A stretch of DNA of 64,000 nt from assembly GCA_963662585.1 (NCBI GenBank), contig OY759729.1, positions 1,344,001 to 1,408,000 on the forward strand, read 5' to 3'. This document shows, one piece after another, positions 38,787-47,700 of this stretch (within the stretch, counting starts at the first letter, position 1; every line of letters begins with the position of its first letter). Under the pieces are notes generated by a model. It was given only the letters and a program-made list of their open reading frames with translations. It ran no database searches and was not told the origin of the DNA. Position numbers and translations under genes: made by a program. This DNA is from Candidatus Cloacimonadales bacterium. GTDB lineage: Bacteria > Cloacimonadota > Cloacimonadia > Cloacimonadales > JAFGVF01.

Positions 38787-39044
38787 TCATCCAATCTTAA
38801 TTTTCTCTATTGTTCCATTATTTAATTTAAGGGCTATTTTACCACTTATTCTATTCCAGTAACCTAATTCTTTTTGGCAGTTAGGGCATAGTATTTTATC
38901 TAATAGTTCTATGTTCTCGATATCAATGTTGGAGTCTATTATATTATCACGAAAACATTTGATAAGAGTTCCACTCCCGGATTTCCTATATTTGAATAAG
39001 GTGAATCCACATTTGCAAATAACATCTACTGTTTTTGTTTTCAT
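38787..39044 (-). CDS. Small hypothetical zinc-ribbon-like protein
   Basis: 85 aa; CKC...KC...CPNC; AGGAG RBS. Confidence 0.7.
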   Translation of the reverse strand: MKTKTVDVICKCGFTLFKYRKSGSGTLIKCFRDNIIDSNIDIENIELLDKILCPNCQKELGYWNRISGKIALKLNNGTIEKIKIG

Positions 39045-39212
39045 AATTTAGCTCCTAAATTGTTTGGCTGATTTTTTGGAATTCTTTTATTGTTTCCTGT
39101 TTCTCCGCTAACGCTTTGAACCATTCTTGTTGGGTATAATTTCAAGGGGCTTACACCTCTTGCTGACTAATACCATCCCATTGGGATTTAAATTATGGAG
39201 TGGAAGCACCCC

Positions 39213-39322
39213 TAACTGGGAACGCAGGCATCTTGCCTGCACCCAGCATGAAATGCTGGGTAATCTTAAGTAGTCCAGCACCAAAGTGCTGGACGCGGGC
39301 TGGAATCCCGCATTCCCAGTTA
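39213..39322. repeat. GC-rich multi-hairpin REP/MITE-like element
   Basis: Terminal inverted repeat taactgggaacgc/gcattcccagtta enclosing four hairpins. Confidence 0.7.
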
Positions 39323-39336
39323 AGAAGTCCTCATCA

Positions 39337-39377
39337 CATTCTAAATTCTTAATTCTTAATTCTCAATTCTCAATTTC
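39337..39377 (-). repeat. Heptamer tandem repeat (GAGAATT/AAGAATT) immediately after the recG stop
   Basis: + strand cattcta aattctt aattctt aattctc aattctc. Confidence 0.8.
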
Positions 39378-41459
39378 TTAATATCTTATCATCTTTTCTC
39401 TATCAAAGAACTTCTTAAAGTAATATTCTCTTACCAATTTATTCTCAGCTTTTTCTAAGTGGGGGTCATCCTCGATAATTTTAAATGCCACTTCTCTGGC
39501 GACTAAAAGAATCTTCTGATCATTAATAATAGAGGCAAACTTAAACTTAGGCATTCCTGATTGTTCTTTACCGAAGAAGTCTCCCGGACCTCGTAATTCC
39601 AGATCTTTTTCCGCAATGAGAAAACCATCATTAGTAGAAGTCATGGTTTGTAAGCGTTCTCTTCCTTCAGCACTAATCGGAGGGTAGCTTATAAGGTAGC
39701 AAAAAGCTTCATCTGAGCCTCTTCCTACTCTACCTCTCAGTTGATGTATCTGACTTAGCCCAAATCTCTCAGCATGCTCAATCATCATCACAGAGGCATT
39801 AGGAACATCAACCCCTACTTCGATTACAGTGGTTGAGACTAGAATGTCATATTCATAATTTTTATAGGCTAGCATAATTTCATCTTTTTCAGCACTTTTC
39901 ATTCTTCCATGTAGGAGAGCTATGCGATATTTAGGGAAAACTACCTCTTGCAAGCGTTGAAAAACAGTTTCAGCATCTTGTAGATCGATCTTCTCAGATT
40001 CCTCAACTAAAGGACAAACCACATAAGCCTGGCGTCCTTTCTGCAGTTCTTTTTCAATCTCTTGATAGACATGTTTCTTCTTAGCTTCCCCGTGCCAGAT
40101 AGTCTTTACAGGCTTGCGGGTAGGGGGAAGTTCATCAATTTGGGAAACATCTAAATCTCCATAAACAGTAAGAGCTAGGGAACGAGGAATTGGAGTGGCA
40201 GAGAGATATAACATGTCTGGAAAATTCATTTTTTGGGAAAGCTTAGCTCGCTGTTCTACTCCGAATCGATGTTGTTCATCTACTACTAAAAATCCTGCTT
40301 TATGAAACTCCACATCATCTTGAATAAGAGCGTGGGTGCCAATAATAATTTGAAATTTCCCCTCTTTAATTCCCTCTTTTATTTTTGCTTTTCCTTTATA
40401 GACTCCACCTTTTAGCAAGGCTATTTTAAGCTCAGGCTGATTGCTAAGATAATTACTTATTGTTTGAAAATGTTGCTCTGCCAGTATTTCAGTAGGAACC
40501 ATCATTATGGCTTGATAATTATTTTCTACTGCTAGAAGCATACAAAATAGCGTAACTATAGTTTTTCCTGAACCTACATCCCCTTGAATTAGTCGGTTCA
40601 TCTGCTTACTAGTTATCATATCTTGGACAATTTCATTAATAACTCTCTTTTGAGCCCCTGTTAAGTCATAAGGAAGGGAGTTTTTTAGAACTCTTGTGTA
40701 AGTATGATGAAGTTTAAATTCTATACCTTGGACGATTTTTTTATGCCTGAATTTAGTTCGAGCAAGTAAAATTTGAGTATAGAAGAGTTCTTCAAAAGCA
40801 AATCTCTTACGAGTTTGCAGAGCAGTAGCTTCAGCAGTAGCGAAGTGCATAATCTGCAGAGCAGAGCGTCTATCTTTTAGCTTAAATCTATTAAGTATAT
40901 TCTCAGGAAGATTCTCTTCTATAAAGTCAGAATATTCAGAAAAACAATTAAAAACAATCTTTCTGAGAGCATTATTGCTTAAATTACCTGTTAAGGGGTA
41001 GATTGGTAAAAGGGGACGGTTCTTCCAAAAGTCATCATCAACATTATCGCCATCAATGAATTCCATTTCCGGATGAACAATGTTAAATGAGTTCATAAAG
41101 ATAGAGACTTTCCCGCTTACCCAAACCTCTTTCCCTATTTGTGTTTTATCTTTTATCCATTTATTATATTGGAACCAGGTTAGCATTAAGGAGTCAGTAC
41201 CATCTGAAATAACTGCATGGAGTTTCTTCTTATTCTTACCATAAGCTTGTTCATAAACATCCATAATCTTTGCTACTAATGCAACATTAGTATCATTCTC
41301 TATTTCAGCAATCTTGACATTAGAATTTCTATCTATATAGGCTCTGGGAAAATACTCCATCACATCCAAAAATGTTTCAACACCTAATTTTTTAAGTAAT
41401 TTTGCTCTATATTCCCCGACACCTTTCAGAAACTTAACATCTCCCTCAATACTAACCAT
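39378..41459 (-). CDS. recG: ATP-dependent DNA helicase RecG
   Basis: QGDVGSGKT, DEQHRFGVEQR, SATPIPRSL, QLRGRVGRG, DLELRGPG. Confidence 0.97.
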   Translation of the reverse strand: MVSIEGDVKFLKGVGEYRAKLLKKLGVETFLDVMEYFPRAYIDRNSNVKIAEIENDTNVALVAKIMDVYEQAYGKNKKKLHAVISDGTDSLMLTWFQYNKWIKDKTQIGKEVWVSGKVSIFMNSFNIVHPEMEFIDGDNVDDDFWKNRPLLPIYPLTGNLSNNALRKIVFNCFSEYSDFIEENLPENILNRFKLKDRRSALQIMHFATAEATALQTRKRFAFEELFYTQILLARTKFRHKKIVQGIEFKLHHTYTRVLKNSLPYDLTGAQKRVINEIVQDMITSKQMNRLIQGDVGSGKTIVTLFCMLLAVENNYQAIMMVPTEILAEQHFQTISNYLSNQPELKIALLKGGVYKGKAKIKEGIKEGKFQIIIGTHALIQDDVEFHKAGFLVVDEQHRFGVEQRAKLSQKMNFPDMLYLSATPIPRSLALTVYGDLDVSQIDELPPTRKPVKTIWHGEAKKKHVYQEIEKELQKGRQAYVVCPLVEESEKIDLQDAETVFQRLQEVVFPKYRIALLHGRMKSAEKDEIMLAYKNYEYDILVSTTVIEVGVDVPNASVMMIEHAERFGLSQIHQLRGRVGRGSDEAFCYLISYPPISAEGRERLQTMTSTNDGFLIAEKDLELRGPGDFFGKEQSGMPKFKFASIINDQKILLVAREVAFKIIEDDPHLEKAENKLVREYYFKKFFDREKMIRY

Positions 41460-41477
41460 TCATTCCTTCTTTGCTAA

Positions 41478-42026
41478 TTATTTACGATTAAAATATCCTA
41501 ATAATATACCTAGTGCTAATGACCAGATAGCTGCCATTAAAATGCGTAAATCAGGTGGCATTAAAAAAGTTACTGTATGAGCAGGAATCCAGAACCAAAT
41601 CAGACAATATAAGCCTTTGTTGATACCTTTCCAATTACTTTGACCAGCAGCAAGATTATCTAAAACTCGGTGCATTATTACTAAAAATGGACCAAACTGC
41701 AGATTCATAAAAGCAGAAACAAAGAAAGCAAATAAGAAAGAACTACTTTCTACACGAGGAAGAAAATTATGATTCATTAAAGCAGAAACAAATCCATCTC
41801 CTAGACCTTTGTTGCCAGCAAAACCCACAAAAGTATATTTAATTGCTACACCAAGAAGTGCCCAAATTACCATCTTTTTTAAGGTCATTACAAACCCAAA
41901 AGGGAATTTTACACTCTTGTTAATTACCCATTTAGAGAGAACCTCTCCAAAAGTTCCTAATATTGCGAAGTGAATGATAGCAGATAAGATAACATTCTCT
42001 TTCACGAAGCTCATATAGAGTTCCAT
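41478..42026 (-). CDS. Integral membrane protein (Mpv17/PMP22-like)
   Basis: Four to five hydrophobic segments; FWIPAHTVTF motif. Confidence 0.6.
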   Translation of the reverse strand: MELYMSFVKENVILSAIIHFAILGTFGEVLSKWVINKSVKFPFGFVMTLKKMVIWALLGVAIKYTFVGFAGNKGLGDGFVSALMNHNFLPRVESSSFLFAFFVSAFMNLQFGPFLVIMHRVLDNLAAGQSNWKGINKGLYCLIWFWIPAHTVTFLMPPDLRILMAAIWSLALGILLGYFNRK

Positions 42027-42047
42027 ACTATCTCCTTTTTATTTTTC

Positions 42048-42077
42048 TTGACAAAATTCTCGCTATTTTGATTTAAT
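42048..42077 (+). promoter_or_regulatory. Probable tRNA promoter
   Basis: TTGACA (42048) and TTTAAT 18 nt downstream, just before the tRNA. Confidence 0.45.
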
Positions 42078-42092
42078 TACTTTAAGCAAATC

Positions 42093-42169
<77 letters not shown>

Positions 42170-42401
42170 CTTTTAACAGTTTGTCAATTTATGTTATTTA
42201 GTCAATAAAATTGTACTTTTTTATTTATCTCTTCAAACTCAATCTTCTTCTATTAAATAAATAATCCCCAAAAAGAATGAATTTTAAGCATTTGCCAAAA
42301 TCTATCCTTTCTGGGGGTTTGTTTATATTCTTAAATTTTTAAAGCACTCTCTTAATTACAGTCTTTCATATAATTAAGAACTTTCTTCATGATTAAAATA
42401 C

Positions 42402-43349
42402 TTATTTACCGTCAGAAGTCTTCATAAATTTATAGTAATCCGAATCAGTAGTCATTATAAGAGTATTTTTTTCATCCATAGTCTCTTTATAAGTCTCTAA
42501 TGTTTTCACGAATTCATAGAATTCAGGATCACGATTATAAGCATTTGCATAAATCTCGATTGCTTCTGCATCAGCACGACCGATAATTTCCTGGGCTTGT
42601 TTGTAAGCTTGAGACTGAATTAAATCTAATTCTCTTTGCATTTTACCAAGAATTTCAGCAGAGTTTCCCAGTCCTTCTGATCTATATTTTGCAGCTATCT
42701 TCTGGCGTTCAGAAATCATTCTTTCATAAACCTTACGACCAACCTCATCATTATAATTTATTCTTTTTACTCTTACATCGATTAATTTAATCCCATACTC
42801 TTCGCAGAGTTTAGAAGATAACTGGAAAATCTGGTCTGAAATTGCACTTCTACCCAATACGATTTTTTCTTCTATATCTCCGCTAGCATAACTTTCTTCA
42901 AACTCTTCAGTAAAATTCAACTCTCTATTAGAGTTTCTAACAATTTCAATAAGAGTGTTGGAGCTGACCACATCGCGGGTTGTACCACTGATAATATCAT
43001 CAAGACGACCATGAGCAAAAGCTTCACTTCTAACTGTTTGATAAAAAGTAAGAGGATCTGAGATAGTCCAACGGGAAAAGGTATCTAGCCAGATGTATCT
43101 TTTGTCTGAAGTTGGAATCTGTTTAGGATCACCATCCCACTCTAAAATTCTTTTTTCAAAGAAATGAATAGTCTGAATAAAAGGAATTTTAACATGTAAC
43201 CCTGCATCTACTATTGGTCCCCCAACTGGATCACCAAATTGAGTAATAATAGCCTGTTCTTTTTCATCTAATATATAGAGTGAATTAAAAATTACTATAA
43301 CTAAAGCAACTATCGTAATAACTATTTTTGTTAATTTATTAACTTTCAT
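42402..43349 (-). CDS. hflC: FtsH protease modulator HflC
   Basis: SPFH domain; GLHVKIPFIQ, YERMISER, AYNRDPEFYEF. Confidence 0.95.
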   Translation of the reverse strand: MKVNKLTKIVITIVALVIVIFNSLYILDEKEQAIITQFGDPVGGPIVDAGLHVKIPFIQTIHFFEKRILEWDGDPKQIPTSDKRYIWLDTFSRWTISDPLTFYQTVRSEAFAHGRLDDIISGTTRDVVSSNTLIEIVRNSNRELNFTEEFEESYASGDIEEKIVLGRSAISDQIFQLSSKLCEEYGIKLIDVRVKRINYNDEVGRKVYERMISERQKIAAKYRSEGLGNSAEILGKMQRELDLIQSQAYKQAQEIIGRADAEAIEIYANAYNRDPEFYEFVKTLETYKETMDEKNTLIMTTDSDYYKFMKTSDGK

Positions 43350-44326
43350 TTTCTTTCTCCTTCACCTAAATTAAGAAGAGGAAGTAAACCTTTCAGATCA
43401 TCATCCACAACGAATACTTTATCTATCTTAGGAAGTATTTCCTGCATTGTTTCAAGATATAAACGCTTCTTGGTCACATCCTTGGCATTTTTATATTGAT
43501 TGAAAATCTGAATAAACTTGTTTGCATCACCTGTAGCACGATTTACCCTATTGATAGCATAACCTTCAGCTTCTTCAATTGTTCTCTTAGCTTTACCTTT
43601 TGCTTCAGGAATAATCTTATTATAATTTTGCCAAGCATCATTTAGAATACGCTCTTTCTCTTGTTTAGCAGAGTTAACATCATTGAAGGCTGGCTTTACT
43701 GGTTCAGGAGGATTAACATTCTGCAAATTAATAGTGTATATTTCAATACCAGAATTATATTCATCTAAAGTCTTTTGCAACTCAACTTGTACTTCGTCAG
43801 CTATTTCTTTACGACTTAAAACTATTACTTCATCACCACTCCTATCACCCACAATCTGACGAGTGAAGGATTCTGATAAATCACGAATAGTTTCTTCAAT
43901 GTTACGGATATTGAATAAGAATTTTACAGGATCTTTTATCCGATATTGGACAATCCATTCAACATCTGCAATATTCAAATCACCAGTAAGCATCAAGGAT
44001 TCATCATTATAATCTCTAGTTGAGTAGGTTGATTTAACTCCCGCAGTAATTGTCCTAAAACCAAATTCTTCCTTAAAAACACGCTTCACTCTTACTTTAG
44101 TTAGCTTATCAACACCAAAAGGAATTTTAAAATGTAAACCTGGTTCAGTAGTTTTTACATATTTACCGAAACGCTGAATGACTCCCATTTCTTCAGGATC
44201 AACAGTGTATAAGCCTGTAAAGAATAGCACGACTATAGCAATAGTTATCAGTATCGTTACTATTTTTTTCGGTGATACTTTCACTAGCCTATCCGTTTTA
44301 ATTTTAATCTCTTCATAATTGGGCAT
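43346..44326 (-). CDS. hflK: FtsH protease modulator HflK
   Basis: MLTGDLNIADV, PPEPVKPAFNDV, RLYLETMQEIL. Confidence 0.95.
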   Translation of the reverse strand: MPNYEEIKIKTDRLVKVSPKKIVTILITIAIVVLFFTGLYTVDPEEMGVIQRFGKYVKTTEPGLHFKIPFGVDKLTKVRVKRVFKEEFGFRTITAGVKSTYSTRDYNDESLMLTGDLNIADVEWIVQYRIKDPVKFLFNIRNIEETIRDLSESFTRQIVGDRSGDEVIVLSRKEIADEVQVELQKTLDEYNSGIEIYTINLQNVNPPEPVKPAFNDVNSAKQEKERILNDAWQNYNKIIPEAKGKAKRTIEEAEGYAINRVNRATGDANKFIQIFNQYKNAKDVTKKRLYLETMQEILPKIDKVFVVDDDLKGLLPLLNLGEGERK

Positions 44327-44566
44327 AAAGGCTCCTTATTTCTTTTATTATTTTCTAACATTATTATAACTAGCTCAATATAAACATTTGTATATAGCAA
44401 TAATAAAACTTTGATTCGATACTGTCAACTGATATATTAATTATTCTTATTTTATAGCAAATTATATCTAAGCATTAAACATGGCTAGGATATTTTAGTC
44501 TACTAAAAAATATTACCAGAGGAGATAAATTTGACCACCTCCCCCTTTCTTTTCTATCCTTACTTT

Positions 44567-44652
44567 ATGCTCTTCCCTTGCTCCCTTAATGTCATTTCAA
44601 ATAATATTCTAAACATGATAGAGTTGAGTGAGATGGAGCAAGGGAGGAGCAT
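44567..44652. repeat. Imperfect palindromic intergenic element, copy C
   Basis: atgctcttcccttgctcc / ggagcaagggaggagcat arms (one mismatch). Confidence 0.65.
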
Positions 44653-44695
44653 CAAGAGTCAGGAAAGAACCCAGAAAAATTAGTTCTTATTCCTG

Positions 44696-44725
44696 AAAAA
44701 GCCCCGCTTTCGCAGGGCTTATTTA
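44696..44725 (-). terminator. Intrinsic terminator after the large secreted nuclease gene
   Basis: AAGCCC...GGGCTT stem with flanking A/T runs. Confidence 0.65.
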
Positions 44726-44751
44726 TTTATTTTATTAGCTTTGATGTTGAT

Positions 44752-47700
44752 TTATTTCAACAACACACCTTTGATCATTTGATTTACAGTATTTGTTTCC
44801 ATTCTAAAGAAATACATTCCTGAAGCACAGTCATTACCATTGCGATCCTTACCATTCCAAGTAAGTTTATGGAAGCCTGGTTGATAAATCTCATTAGAAA
44901 TTTCTCTGATTAGCTGTCCTTTCACATTAAAGACTTTAATATTAATTCTATCTGTATTCTTCACATAGAAACTAACAGTTGCTGTCGGATTGAATGGATT
45001 AGGATAGACACTTTTTAAAGTAGTTTTGTAAGGAATAACAACACTGTTAGAGTTATTGTTTTCTACTTTAATACTAATTGGTCCAAAAGTTTCATTCTCA
45101 TTAGAAAGTTCAACAGATTCTAACCAGTAGTAGTAAGTTTTATGTAGTTCAACTTGCTCATCAACATAAGAGTAATTATTTCCAATAAGACTATTATTAG
45201 CACTAACTATTCCTTGATTTGCTCTAACAGCGCTGTCTAAGAGAGAAGACTCTCCTCTTAGAATATTATAGCCAATTAGCCCACTCTCAGCTTCAGTTTT
45301 CCATTGAATAGCAACCGCTGCTTGACCAAAATTAGTATAAGTAATTGAGGAAGTGAAGGATGTTAAAGTAACTGGGAGAGTATTATCACCAAAATCGAAA
45401 TAATGGCTTCCCAAATTATCTGAATCGTCTGTTGGAAAAACCAACCATTCCGAATCAGGTGTTGTTTCTCCGGCTCTAGATTTAGCATCTGACCATTCAG
45501 TAGGATCAGTATTTCCTGAAGAAATATTGCTTTTGCGAGTTAAGGTTCTGTTATAAGTAGCATTAGCAACACCCGCTACAGACCAACCATCACCACTAGG
45601 TAGAGAATTGGGAACTCCAATAATATCAAGGGCAGTTGAATTTTTAAATAAACCTACTGCCTGGTTACCGGAAAAGGCTAGAGTAGCATTATAACTGTTT
45701 GCATGATTTAAAATGCTAGCATTAGCACTTGGATGAGCTAGAACATAAACTGCATCATTAGCTAAATTACCACTTAAATCAACACTTTGGGACCAGTTTC
45801 CACCTGGGTTTGTTATTTTTATGGAGTAAACTGATAAATCAACTTCTTGCCCAGTTCCATTATAGATTTCTATTGATTTATTATTACCAGTACCAGATAA
45901 ATACTCTGAGATAAAGAGGTCATCAGCATATACTAAGTTTGATTCGATAGTTATATAATCAGTCTTCACCATAGTTCTTTCATCTAAATTATTATCTACT
46001 ACATATAAAGATACTGTGTAAGTTCCTGCCTGATTATAAACATGAGTAGGATTTACAGAATAAGAATCTGCTATACTGTCATTATTGAAATCCCATTCAT
46101 ATACATAAGGTGAAATTCCACCACTTACATTTGCAGTAAATTGAATACTTGTTCCTGTAGTAGTTGAAGTTAAATCTGCTGAAAAATCCACAGTTAGAGG
46201 TGTAAAACTATGATTTCCAAGATAGTCATAAGTAGCATTTGCATAAACAAGCCACTCTGAATCACTAGCATCTGTTCCTGCAGAAGTAGTCCAATCAGTA
46301 TTTCCTTGACTTACATAAGATTTTCTGACTAAGACATGATTTTCTGTAGCTTCTGTAATACCTGCAACATCCCAGGCAGCACCAGGGTCATTTTCATAAA
46401 TACCAATAATATCAATTAGAACATCATTTTTAAATAAACCAACTGCATCATTACCATTAAAGGATAAAGATCCATTTGAAAGGTTAACTGCTTCTGTAAT
46501 TCCTGTATCATCAGCAGAAGAATTAGCAATAACATAAACTGAGTTATTGGTGAGAGTACCTGTCAAGCTTATTGCAGAACCCCAACTTGTACCATTAGAT
46601 CCTAATTTAACTGAATAGATAGATAAATCAACATCAGAACCTGTACCATTGAAGATTTCCAGTGCTTTGTTGCTACCAGTAGCTCCTTCAATATACTCAG
46701 AAATAAAGAGGTCAATTGCAGCTGATTGATTTTCTGATAAAGTATAAGTTGCTGTAGCAATTCCGCTATCATCAAAATCTGCTTTTATAGCAATAGCTTT
46801 AACAGTTGCAGTTTCAGTAAGAGTGAAAGGATTTTCATAAAGCGTAGAGCTTGTAGTAGGAGTATCTCCATTACTTGTATAATATATAGAAGCACCATTA
46901 GTTGCACAAGTGATTGTAATTTCCACTGAATTAACAAAACTACCTGAATTTGGTGAAATTTCAGGAGTTGAAACTTGAGAACTTGAAGCTGAACCATAAA
47001 TAGCAGCTACCCATTCTGGGTGATTAACGAAAGGATTTCTATTTCCTTGATAATCATAAATACCTTCATTTCTATCAATTTCAGCTTGATCTACAGGGTC
47101 TGATTCATGCCATTGTAGAAGGGTAGGCAACATGTCTATGTTTAAACCCGTAGTTGAACCATCATCTGATAATGGCAAGTTCCAACGAGTATTCATATAT
47201 AACATGGCCCTTGCTGTATTTCCTTTGTGTTGATCTGCAACTTCAAAAACAGTCTCTCCATCAATATTATATCCTCTGTATGAAACATAACCACTTGCTT
47301 CAGTCCAGCTGTTTAATACGGAGTTTACATTATCAAAAGGAAGATTTCCCCTAGATGAGTTTACTTCAGATTTTGTAGGGAATAAATGGTGAATATCTGT
47401 TCTTGCTATCGCATAATCACTTGCAGATTCATACTCCTCTAACCAACTTTGAGGATAAGAATGTTCGCAATCTATACCTGCAGGAGTGGAAGTTGTTCCA
47501 TAAGGATGTGCAACCTCAAGTCCAGAGTAAACTCCTGTTACTGTACCATCAATATTATCTATTGTGCTATACATAGCTTCTCGAGAATTATCATAACTTG
47601 AAAGTGTATTAGTAGCAATTAAATTATGAAGCTGTGTTTTCAAGGCAGACCCTGTTGTTTCAGTAATTGTAGAGTAGTATCCTTCTACACTCGTGTCATT

